The position numbers and the translations under genes were made by a program. A stretch of 30,301 nucleotides of DNA from Candidatus Dadabacteria bacterium. GTDB taxonomy: Bacteria; Desulfobacterota_D; UBA1144; Nemesobacterales; CSP1-2. How positions within the stretch are numbered: the stretch's first letter is position 1; each line of letters opens with the position of its first letter. This document shows positions 9,454 to 18,583 of this stretch, piece by piece. The stretch spans positions 71,741-102,041 of the forward strand of contig PSLL01000002.1 in assembly GCA_040289575.1 (NCBI GenBank). The letters run 5' to 3'. The notes beneath the pieces were generated by a model that was not told where the DNA came from, did no database searches, and saw only the letters and a list, made by a program, of their open reading frames with translations.

Positions 9454-10641
9454 TTGGAACTATATTCACACACAAGACTCTCTACTTATAAACAGTGTCC
9501 CTATAGGTATAAACTCAGATACATAGATAAAATCCCAGAAGAGATGAAAACGATAGAGCAGTTTATGGGTTCAAGGGTTCATAAAGCCCTTGAGAGACTC
9601 TATAAGAGCCTAATCTCTGCCAAGATAATACCGCTTGAAAGGGTCATTGAATACTATCACAGGAATTGGGAAAAGGAATGGGATGATAATATAAGGTTTG
9701 TAAATAAGGAGCTATCCAAAGAGGATTATAGGGAACTCGGTGAGAAATGTATCCGGGACTATTATGAGAGTTACTATCCATTTAACCAATCTAGGACTAT
9801 TCATGTAGAGAAGAGGGTTTCTTTTACCCTCGATAACGATGGAAGATGCAAGATACAGGGTTATATAGACCGTCTTGCTATTGCCCCTGATGGCACTTAT
9901 GAGATTCACGATTACAAGACAAATAAGAGCCTTCCCACTCAGAAGGATAAGGATGAGGATAAGCAGCTTGCCCTCTATCAAATAGGCGTAAAAGGTATGT
10001 GGAGCGACGCCCACTCTATTAGGCTCATCTGGCATTATTTAGTGTTTAACAAGGAAATATCATCATCGAGAACCGATGAGGATATTGACAGATTAAGGGC
10101 CGAGCAAATCGCGCTTATCAATGAGATAGAATCCGCAACGGAGTTTCCACCAGTTGAGTCATCGCTCTGCATCTGGTGCTCTTATCAATCAATATGCCCG
10201 TTGCGTAAACATCTCTTTATAATAGAACGCTCTCCAGAAAAAGGGGGGTTAAAAGAGGAAGGGTTTCAGCTTGTAGACAGGCTTGAGGAGCTTCAGTCTC
10301 TGAAGAAAAGGGTAGAGACCGAGATAGAGGAAACGAAGGGGTCTTTAATTACATATGCTGAACGGGAAGGTATAGACAGGATTTTTGGAAGCACAAAGGT
10401 GGCAAAGGTTGAGAGAGAAACCAAGATTAGATTTCCTGATACAAATGATGAAAAAAGGGTACAACTTGAGAATATAATAAGGGAATCAGGGAAATGGGAT
10501 GAGGTGTCATTGCTTAATGTAAGAAGGCTTAGCAAAATAGTTGAAGAAGGAGCTTGGGATGAAAGCATTACAAGTAAAATCGAGGGATTTATAGAGAGGG
10601 AAGGGAAGAAGTCCGTAACGCTGGTCAAAAGAAAAATGTAA
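9454..10641 (+). CDS. PD-(D/E)XK nuclease, RecB/AddB-like, with four Cys (probable Fe-S) and a C-terminal extension
   Basis: YSHTRL..YKQCPYRY, GSRVHKALE, VEKRV, GYIDRL, IHDYKT, QLALY, CIWCSYQSICP; TTG start after GAGG. Confidence 0.88.
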   Translation: MELYSHTRLSTYKQCPYRYKLRYIDKIPEEMKTIEQFMGSRVHKALERLYKSLISAKIIPLERVIEYYHRNWEKEWDDNIRFVNKELSKEDYRELGEKCIRDYYESYYPFNQSRTIHVEKRVSFTLDNDGRCKIQGYIDRLAIAPDGTYEIHDYKTNKSLPTQKDKDEDKQLALYQIGVKGMWSDAHSIRLIWHYLVFNKEISSSRTDEDIDRLRAEQIALINEIESATEFPPVESSLCIWCSYQSICPLRKHLFIIERSPEKGGLKEEGFQLVDRLEELQSLKKRVETEIEETKGSLITYAEREGIDRIFGSTKVAKVERETKIRFPDTNDEKRVQLENIIRESGKWDEVSLLNVRRLSKIVEEGAWDESITSKIEGFIEREGKKSVTLVKRKM

Positions 10642-10716
10642 AGGTCTAAATTTGATCTGGTATAAATGACTTATCTGACCACCCACTTCTTAAAGTTCCA
10701 AAGTAGTGGGTGAGAA

Positions 10717-12386
10717 ATGAAAAATCTTGATAAAGGGAGTATTATCAAGTGGGCTTACTGGCCAGAGCCTGTCGAAATCAAAATCATTGAGGATGCAGGT
10801 AAATATATTCGCATTATTGGTGTTACCACAGTTTCCCGATCCCATATTGACCAGCTTATCCCCCATGATGCCTTCAATCTCTGTTGCCAATTTTGATTTT
10901 TGTTGATGAAGCGCACAAGATAAGTGCCTATCGCTATGGAGATAAACTAGAAAAGACAAGCCGTTATTATATGTTGGGAGAGAGGCCTTTACATAATACA
11001 ACACATCTTTTGTTTTTTAACAGCGACGCCCCATAAGGGAGACCCTGAGAAATTTCGGTTGTTTCTTGATCTGATTGAGCCCGGGTTCTTTGCTGCAACC
11101 GAAATGGCTCAGGAATCCATAAAGAATAAGGACAACCCTTTGTTTGTAAGGCATGTTAAAGAAGACCTCAAAGATTTTGATGGTAAACCGCTTTTTTGCC
11201 CAGGCATGTGATAAGGAAGAACTTTAATTGGGATCAAACTCGCCGAGGGAATACGATATTCCCTGGAACCCCAATCGGCTTAAGCAGAGAATGGGAAGAA
11301 TCCATCGGTACGGTCAGCAGAAGGAGGTCCATGTATTTAACCTTGTCGCATAGGATACAAGAGAAGGTAAAGTGCTCAGCAAGTTATTCCAAAAGTTTGA
11401 AGAAATCAAGGACACACTGAGATCAGACAAGGTATTCGATTGTTTAGGTGAGTTAATGCATGATAAAAACCTCTCACAACTCCTGATTGAGGCCGCCGAT
11501 GCGAGAAACATCAACGAAATATTGCAAGACATTGAAACTACGGTAAATGAGGAATACATCACAAAGGTAAAAGAAAATCTTGGTGAGAGCCTTGCTACCC
11601 GATTCATTGACTACACACGTATAAAGGAAATGGCTCATCAGGCGCATGAACACAGGCTTATTCCCGAATATACACAGAGCTTTTTCAAAAAGGCTTTTGA
11701 CAAGTCAGGTGGAAAATTCCGAGAGATTAAAGACGGTTTCATATTCATAGATTCAATTCCATATGAAATCAGAAAGACTGGTGAAGAGGATGGTTTTAAG
11801 AGGTCATACGGGGAACTGTTAAAGAGATACCCCAAAGTAACCTTTGATAAGGAAATAGCATTTAAGAACCCCGATGCAGAGTTCGTTTCATTTGGGCATC
11901 TCCTATTTGAGGCCCTTATGGTCTGGGTGGAGAGGGCATTTTCAGACCTCCTCATAAAGGGAGCTACATTCATAGACACTGACGAGAGGATGGGACGGAT
12001 ACATTCTCTTCTATGAGGGTGAAATTAGAGACGGCACAGGCAATGTAGCCTGGGGAAATGGCTCTTTAGTTTTTAAGTGACTGCGGAGAAGTAAAACCAA
12101 TATCCCCGGCCATCATATGGGACCTCAAAGAGGGTGAAAATACCGATAAAAACCCGTTAACATTGAAGACCTCAAAGATCGCGCATTAAGCCATGTAATT
12201 CAAATGCTTGAGCATTATAAGGAGGAGCTTCTGAGAGAGCGCAGGAGGCAGACAGAAATCAAGCAGAAATACGGGATTAAATCACTGGATCATCTCATTG
12301 TAGGACTTGACGGTGATTTGATTTCTCTCTACGACTGTAAGAATCAAGGAGAAAGGTTTGACCTTGCTATCCGAAATAAAAGTTAA
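10717..12386 (+). pseudogene. Decayed SNF2-family helicase (internal deletions, frameshifts, in-frame stop, truncated C-terminus)
   Basis: Fragments lie in different frames: N-terminal MKNLDKGSII..WPEPVEIK (10717), VDEAHK (DEAH 10905-10916), LTATPHKGD (~11017-11043), and [22 protein letters not shown] followed by TAG at 11351-11353. ORF pieces 11372-12016 and 12204-12386 follow. No Walker A is visible. Confidence 0.85.
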
Positions 12387-12423
12387 TTGTATCTTAATAG
12401 TCTTTTAATACAAGCTTAACGAT

Positions 12424-12452
12424 TCGACTATGCGGAATTATTTTGGTATAAT
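12424..12452 (+). promoter_or_regulatory. Sigma70-type promoter of the glyoxylate-shunt fusion gene
   Basis: TCGACT-N17-TATAAT with extended -10 TGgTATAAT (12444-12452); AAGGAG RBS before 12516. Confidence 0.55.
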
Positions 12453-12515
12453 ATTGCGCTTACTTTTTCGATATTTGGGCAATGATACAGAAAATAACCC
12501 CCTACCAAAGGAGAG

Positions 12516-15500
12516 ATGGAGATGAGTACTGTTCGTAAAAGAGAGAATCAATATCTTACCGACATTACTAGGTCTAGAAAATTAGAAATTCGAGACGACC
12601 TAGAAAGTTTGTACCCCGATGTATATACACCGGAAGCTATGACCGCTCTGTTATATATGGCCAGGTTTAATGAAGAACAAAAAATGCTCATGGCAAAAAG
12701 GATAAAAAGAAGACTGGAGCGGTTTCGGAACAAACAAAGAATAACGTTTCTTGACCCTGATGATTATATCCCGCGGACGAACATTAAGGTGCAAGACGCA
12801 AGGGATGGGAAGTTTGTTGGGTCGGAAATACCAAAGGACCTACAGCGACAGTGGATTCAAGGAACTGGGCCTGGGACAAAACCGAATGCACCGATTGAAA
12901 AAAGCATCCGGAATGTTGCCTATGCATTACTTTCCGGCGCGGATGGTTGGATGTTTGACGGAGAAGATGCCCTTGGTCAGATTACAACGATGTCATTAGA
13001 CAATCAAAGAAACCTAAAGCTAGCCTTTCAAAAAGACCCAATTTTTATGAAAGCCGCCGAGCAGGTTGCTAAGGAGATGAACGAATGGGCACTCGGGTTT
13101 TTCGGGAGGAAAATCATCAAAGATTGGGAAGAACAATTAGATTTTACGACGAAGATTTTCCGTGTTCGAGGATTGCATTTAGACGACCGGCACATTCGCG
13201 ATGAAAATGGTGTGGCGCTCTCGGCCTCAATCGTCGATTTGGTACTTTATGTCGTAAACAACTATCAGGTATTGCAGAGATCTGGCTCATCAATCGTTTT
13301 ATATCTGCCTAAGATTCAGACTGCGGAGGAGGCGGCGCTCTGGAATGAGATGCTCTCGGCCCTTGAAGAACATCTCGGCCTTCGCATCGGAACGATCAAG
13401 GTTTACGTTCTTGTTGAACAACTCGAAGCGACGTTTCAGTTGATGGAAATCAGGGCTGTTTTGGGCACACATTTCGTTGGATTTAATACGGGCAGATGGG
13501 ATTACATTAATAGTGTTGCCGATGCGATGGCATGGGATAAGGAATTTATCAACCCGAATATCGAAGCTATTACGATGACTTACGGTTATATGAGGAATTA
13601 CGAAGACCGGGTACGTCGAGCGGTAAACACACCTGACTTGAACGGCAATTTTGCACTTTGGCAAGGGGGCATGGAGCCAAATATTCCAGTCGGTTCTGAA
13701 GAAGGTGTTAGAAGCGGCATGGAAAAAGCCGTATCAGGGGCGGAGCGTGAGCAGAGAGCAGGGGCCAGCGGCAAGTGGGTGGCGCATTGGAAGATGGTTC
13801 ATATCGTAAGGCCCGTCTGGGAAAAAGTCGGTGAGGACAACCAGCTTGGAAGGCCTTTCCCCCCCCTTACCTACACGCAGGAGGATGCAGATGGGTTATT
13901 GCTTCTCGAACCGGCCCCCAGAACAATTAGAGGAGCACGAAATCTTTTAAGCGTTGCCTTACAGTATGGTAATGCCTTTCTTCAGGGATATCAGGCTGCG
14001 GCTTTAAAGCCAGCCGACTTCTTTGGTAATGATGATGTCTTGTACCTGATGGAAGACATGGCAACGGGAGAGATTCGTCTTAGTATACTGTGGGAATGGA
14101 TCCACAAAGGAGCAAGACTCACCGAAGATGACCAAGAAACCGGATTAAGGGCAGAAGACGTTTTTACGGTGGATGTGTTTAAAAAATTATTGGAAGAAGA
14201 ATACCAAAAACTGCTTATGGCAAAAGATAAAGATGTTCATGATGATTCAAAAGGAACGACCCTACCTATTGCCAGGGAGATTGTCGAGGCGTATGTGCTT
14301 GACGATGTCAAGGCCCCTTGGTATATAGACCTTTTGAATACCAATCTAAATAATCATGACCTACAAATTGCCAAAGAGAGAATAAAAATGTACATGGAAG
14401 CATTCAAAAAAGATGGAGCTAGAATCACCGAAAATTTAGACTTTGTTCCATCTTCTCAGGCCGAAATTACGACAGAAGACGAAACGGATTTATTTGAGAA
14501 GGAAGTAAATGAAACAAAGCACTGGTTTTCGAGCCCACGCTTTAAAGGAATTACGCGTCTTTATTCCGCACGCCAGGTTGTACAACAGCGAGGGACTATT
14601 GAAATAGACTATCCGGTTGCAAGAAAAGCCGCAGAGGCATTTTATAATAGGTTAATGGAATTGTTTGCCAAAGGAGAACAAATTACGACATTTGGTCCGT
14701 ATTCTCCGAGTCAGGCGGTTACTATAAAACGTTTGGGTATCGAGGCCATATATCTAGGTGGATGGGCTACGTCCGCAAAAGGCTCGACGACAGAAGACCC
14801 TGGACCCGATTTGGCCAGTTACCCTTTGAGTCAAGTACCAGATGAGGCGGCTACCATCGTTCGGGCGTTGCTTACGGCGGATAGAAATCAAAAATACACA
14901 AGGTTTAAAATGACAGAAAAGGAGCGAAAGGCTACCCCGAAGATTGACTACAGGCCTTTTATAATTGCCGATGCCGATACCGGACATGGCGGTGATGCCC
15001 ATGTAAGAAACCTGATCCGGAGGTTTGTCGAGGTTGGTGTGCCGGGGTACCACATTGAAGACCAAAAGCCAGGTACCAAAAAATGCGGGCATCAGGGCGG
15101 TAAAGTGCTTGTTCCTGTGGATGAACAAATCAAAAGACTGAATGCCGCCAGGTTTCAGCTTGATATTATGAAAGTCCCGGGGATTATAGTTGCCAGGACC
15201 GATGCGGAAGCGGCGAATTTACTAGATGGACGGGGCGATGAACGCGACCACCCTTTCATATTAGGTGCAACTAACACAAACGTACCTGGTTACAAGGACT
15301 GCTATCTTGCCATCTTAAGAAGATTTTATGAAAAAGGGATAAAGGATGTTAACGGCCATTTGTTGTACAGAATATCCGAGGAAGAATACGAGGCCGCTTA
15401 TGAGTGGTTCAACCAAGTAGGACTTATGTCTTATATTGATGAAAACATTCAGGCTTTAAAAGAAGATAGGGAAAAAAGTATCTCAAAGCCACTCGACAAT

Positions 15501-16778
15501 GTTGTCACAAAATTTGTTGAAATATGGGAGGTGGAATCAAAGCTTAAGACATATGGGGAAGCCGTTGCGGATTTGATGGAATTTCAGATCGAAGAAGGCA
15601 GACAGCTCGACCTAACCGTTGACGAATGGCTTGATTTTTGTAAACGAGTATCGCTTCATAAGGCACAGGAAAAAGCGAGGTCAATGGGTATCGAAGCTAC
15701 CTGGGATTGTGAATTATCAAGAACACCAGAAGGTTACTATCAGGTCAAAGGCGGAATCGAATATGCGATCGCGAAATCACTTGCCGTTGCGCCCTTTGCT
15801 GACATTCTTTGGATGGAAAACAATACAGCGGATTTGGCTGAAGCAAAACATTTCGCTGACGCCATCCATGCGGTATACCCAGACAAGATGTTGGCCTACA
15901 ATTTGTCCCCTTCATTCAATTGGGACACAACTGGAATGACCGATGAAGAAATGCGGAATTTCCCAAAAGAATTGGGAAAACTCGGGTACGTTTTTAACTT
16001 TATCACATATGGAGGTCATCAAATTGACGGGTTGGCGGCCGAAGAATTTGCCACGGCTCTAAAACAGGATGGAATGCTTGCATTGGCTCGCGTGCAACGC
16101 AAGTTTAGATTACTCAACTCTCTATACAGGACACCCCAGACGTTGGTAGGAGGTCCACGCTTAGACGCCGCTCTGGCTGCAAGTTCCGGACGTACGGCGA
16201 CAACTAAGGCTATGGGCAAGGGCTCCACTCAGGTTCAGCATTTGGTTGAAACGGAGGTTCCACCCAGACTTCTCGAAAAATGGCTTGAGTTATGGGCGGC
16301 TCATTACAAATTTCCGCATAACTTGCGCGTTCAATTGCGACCTCATACGGCAGGTTCAGAACTGCTGGAATTGAATGTCTTGGATGAATCCGGTACCAAG
16401 ATTGCCGACGTTATATTTGCGACGATTCGTGATCGCAAAGGCAGAAATATTCTATCTATTAGGGATCAAAACAATTTTAACTTAGAATTCCGTAAAAAAC
16501 GCTTAATGACGATAATCCATTTGTTTTTGATTCACCGATATAAGATTGCTTCGGTTCATTATGTTACTCCCACCGAGGATAATCAGAAGAAGGCTGAAGG
16601 AATGAAGAAATTAGGTATTTATGACGAGGTAAACACCGAAATTGGTGATATCATCGTTGCCGGAGTTAATACGGAAAGGGTTAAAGAGCTACTTAATCCT
16701 GACCAAATAGAGCTAATGAATCTCATTACTAAAAGTCCGAGATCGAAAAAACAAAAGAAGCAAAGTAATCGGAAATAG
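12516..16778 (+). CDS. aceB-aceA: Bifunctional malate synthase (N-terminal) / isocitrate lyase ICL2-type (C-terminal) fusion
   Basis: Malate synthase motifs [29 protein letters not shown] and [10 protein letters not shown] lie in the first ~645 aa. ICL motifs DADTGHG, HIEDQ, KKCGH (15078-15092), VARTDAE and [10 protein letters not shown] follow, then an ICL2-like C-terminal domain ([21 protein letters not shown]). Single uninterrupted ORF. Confidence 0.93.
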   Translation: MEMSTVRKRENQYLTDITRSRKLEIRDDLESLYPDVYTPEAMTALLYMARFNEEQKMLMAKRIKRRLERFRNKQRITFLDPDDYIPRTNIKVQDARDGKFVGSEIPKDLQRQWIQGTGPGTKPNAPIEKSIRNVAYALLSGADGWMFDGEDALGQITTMSLDNQRNLKLAFQKDPIFMKAAEQVAKEMNEWALGFFGRKIIKDWEEQLDFTTKIFRVRGLHLDDRHIRDENGVALSASIVDLVLYVVNNYQVLQRSGSSIVLYLPKIQTAEEAALWNEMLSALEEHLGLRIGTIKVYVLVEQLEATFQLMEIRAVLGTHFVGFNTGRWDYINSVADAMAWDKEFINPNIEAITMTYGYMRNYEDRVRRAVNTPDLNGNFALWQGGMEPNIPVGSEEGVRSGMEKAVSGAEREQRAGASGKWVAHWKMVHIVRPVWEKVGEDNQLGRPFPPLTYTQEDADGLLLLEPAPRTIRGARNLLSVALQYGNAFLQGYQAAALKPADFFGNDDVLYLMEDMATGEIRLSILWEWIHKGARLTEDDQETGLRAEDVFTVDVFKKLLEEEYQKLLMAKDKDVHDDSKGTTLPIAREIVEAYVLDDVKAPWYIDLLNTNLNNHDLQIAKERIKMYMEAFKKDGARITENLDFVPSSQAEITTEDETDLFEKEVNETKHWFSSPRFKGITRLYSARQVVQQRGTIEIDYPVARKAAEAFYNRLMELFAKGEQITTFGPYSPSQAVTIKRLGIEAIYLGGWATSAKGSTTEDPGPDLASYPLSQVPDEAATIVRALLTADRNQKYTRFKMTEKERKATPKIDYRPFIIADADTGHGGDAHVRNLIRRFVEVGVPGYHIEDQKPGTKKCGHQGGKVLVPVDEQIKRLNAARFQLDIMKVPGIIVARTDAEAANLLDGRGDERDHPFILGATNTNVPGYKDCYLAILRRFYEKGIKDVNGHLLYRISEEEYEAAYEWFNQVGLMSYIDENIQALKEDREKSISKPLDNVVTKFVEIWEVESKLKTYGEAVADLMEFQIEEGRQLDLTVDEWLDFCKRVSLHKAQEKARSMGIEATWDCELSRTPEGYYQVKGGIEYAIAKSLAVAPFADILWMENNTADLAEAKHFADAIHAVYPDKMLAYNLSPSFNWDTTGMTDEEMRNFPKELGKLGYVFNFITYGGHQIDGLAAEEFATALKQDGMLALARVQRKFRLLNSLYRTPQTLVGGPRLDAALAASSGRTATTKAMGKGSTQVQHLVETEVPPRLLEKWLELWAAHYKFPHNLRVQLRPHTAGSELLELNVLDESGTKIADVIFATIRDRKGRNILSIRDQNNFNLEFRKKRLMTIIHLFLIHRYKIASVHYVTPTEDNQKKAEGMKKLGIYDEVNTEIGDIIVAGVNTERVKELLNPDQIELMNLITKSPRSKKQKKQSNRK

Positions 16779-16887
16779 GCCTGCGCTAAGCACAGTCCAG
16801 AGAGTTTCTTGGGGTCTATCTTTAACCACTTTTATATTGGAAATTGTATTATACCAGTTCTATTTTTCGATAGTGCATAACGAGGCT

Positions 16888-16981
16888 TGTCATTGCGAGG
16901 AATGCATTCGCTTCGCTCAGTGTAAACTCCGTGACGAAGCAATCTAAGGACACTGGAGATTGCTTCGCTCCTCAAGTCGCT
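16888..16981. repeat. REP-like palindromic repeat (GTCATTGCGAG...CGAAGCAATC type), right arm interrupted by IS110
   Basis: TGTCATTGCGAGG (16888-16900); inner inverted repeat CGAAGCAATCT (16935-16945)/AGATTGCTTCG (16957-16967). The expected closing arm CTCGCAATGACA stops after TCGCT at 16981. Confidence 0.75.
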
Positions 16982-17027
16982 CCATTAGACTTTTATATAG
17001 TGTGAATGTTAATTTTATCATAACAAA

Positions 17028-17167
17028 CCAGGGTGGAGTAAGTCTAAGCTTCGCTCAAAGCCATAGCTTATATTGCGAAATAAGACACCACCCTGGGGTA
17101 GAAACAAAACTATTATGGTATTTAAGTCTTGTAAAGACTAATAGTATGGAGCAAGTTCTAACTACCC
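17028..17167 (+). ncRNA. IS110 bridge RNA (target-binding loop plus donor-binding loop)
   Basis: Stem CCAGGGTGG/CCACCCTGG (17028-17036/17088-17096) encloses guides GCTTCGCT and ATTGCGA around a small hairpin. Stem GGTAG/CTACC encloses AAAACTATT-ATGG, hairpin AGTCTT/AAGACT and ATGGAG, the reverse complement of the element's own left junction CTCCAT. Confidence 0.75.
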
Positions 17168-17179
17168 GGAGGCGAAAAG

Positions 17180-17745
17180 ATGAAAAAGCCAGACTTTTTA
17201 TCGGTGTAGATACGAGTTCAGATACATTTGCTGTATCTGTGGGAACTAAAGACCCCTGGAGGGTGCTTAGCCTCTCTCAGATCTATGAGAACTCCACATC
17301 AGGGTTTGAGGATTTTCTGAAGTGGTTAGGCCAGAAGCGAGCTTTCCCTACCCATGGGCATAAGAACGAAATAACAGATAGCCAGCATTTAGCGGAGTAT
17401 GCATACAGATTCTTTGATGAGATTCACATGTGGCAACCACCTGATAATGTATTAAAGCAGATAAGGACCCTACTCAAGACAAGGGAGCAACTGACAAAAA
17501 ATCTTTCATCCTATCAGAGCACACTGAAGATTCTAAGGGGGGGGGGAAGTGGTTCGTACTCCGATTGCAGAGAAGATGTATGAGATTTGATAAAGGAACT
17601 AAGGTCTCTTATTAAGGAGATAGATAAGCAGATAATTAGTGGAGCAATACCCTTTTTTAGGCATAAGTTTAATCTTCTGCTTAGCATACCTGGTGTTGGA
17701 CTACAGTTTGCATCATACATACTTGTGATAACTGAGGAGGGGTAA
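17180..17745 (+). pseudogene. IS110 (DEDD) transposase, frameshifted and internally deleted
   Basis: GGAGG RBS plus ATG at 17180; FIGVDTSSDTF after a frameshift in a T run; KNEITDSQHLAEYAYRF; G10 run at 17537-17546; LLLSIPGVG helix-hairpin-helix motif. The ExTGxY region and C-terminal catalytic Ser domain are missing. Confidence 0.82.
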
Positions 17746-17905
17746 TAGGGAGTCCAGAGCAAAAGATATGGTTGCCTATATACTCAAAAGTGATGGGTTA
17801 AATGCAAATAGAGAAGAGGAAAAGAATCAATAGGGCTTGAAAAAAGCCCCCTCGGTGTGTTTGTAGATTTGTGCTAAATCCAACTTACACCTGAGGGGGC
17901 ACACA

Positions 17906-18388
17906 GTGATAGGCATCACCGTCATAGCTGAGAATGTATACGGATTCTTATACCAGTTCAAGGGTTATTTTCGATGCAAGCAGTCAAGGCACCTTGTGCT
18001 GTTTAGTTGGCTGGTGATAATGCTTATTATTGATCAAGGCAAGGACAAGATAAAGGAGTTGAGCCAGATGATGCCAGGGAGAATAAAGTATTGGTCATTG
18101 ATGCCAATGATAAGGAGTGGGCAGTGGGACGCACAGGAGGTGCTAGGAGATATGGCAAGAGAAGTCCTTCAGTGGCTACCTGGGGCCTATGATGAGGTGA
18201 TGTACTTGATAGCAGATGCAACAGCCAATGGCAAGAGAGGTAAGAAGCATCCCCTGGGACACAAGCTCAGGGTCAATGATTATAGCAGATACACATTTGG
18301 GTTTGAGGCGGTAATACTGATAACCCCTTGGGGTAGGTATTGTGTTCCTGTGGCAATAAGGCTGATTAATCCAAAGGATGTTTGCTGA
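17906..18388 (+). pseudogene. Truncated DDE transposase (IS701/IS4-like), N-terminal part only
   Basis: YLIADATANGKRGKK (first catalytic Asp region), YTFGFEAVIL, GRYCVPVAIRL, then an abrupt stop; RBS-sequestering hairpin upstream. Confidence 0.7.
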
Positions 18389-18424
18389 TGGCAGGCATGT
18401 TGGGGATTTAGGGTGTATATTGAG

Positions 18425-18450
18425 TGAAACCTCGTCAACTTTTCGTCTAA
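18425..18450 (+). promoter_or_regulatory. Putative ECF-sigma promoter, copy 1 (upstream of beta-propeller/CHAT operon)
   Basis: TGAAAC-N13-CGTCTAA containing the exact AACTTTTCGTCTAA (18437-18450). Confidence 0.65.
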
Positions 18451-18583
18451 ATATTGGGTTCTAGTATAATAAGGGGTCGTCAATATATGAAATATAAATG
18501 AAAGACTCCATAAAACCTTCTTCTGATTTTTATGTATTATATAAGGGCTTTTAACTAATAAAAAGATTAGAAGTGGGTGATAC

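Larger units (their letters stand above)
16980..17745 (+). mobile_element. IS110-family element remnant: intact-looking left end plus broken transposase; right end not found
   Basis: CT core at 16980-16981, ~200-nt structured non-coding end, then a DEDD transposase pseudogene. Confidence 0.8.

Noticed and set aside
9454..10641. Calling the nuclease Cas4 or part of a CRISPR system
   Set aside because: No cas1/cas2 or repeat-spacer array is visible in the window; the 4-Cys RecB-like fold is shared with many non-Cas nucleases.
16960..17179. 5' extension of the 207-aa ORF 16960..17583
   Set aside because: It reads through the REP-like repeat and bridge RNA; the likely transposase start is ATG 17180 with a GGAGG RBS.
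17537..17546. G10 tract as a phase-variation switch
   Set aside because: It lies inside an already multiply broken transposase pseudogene.
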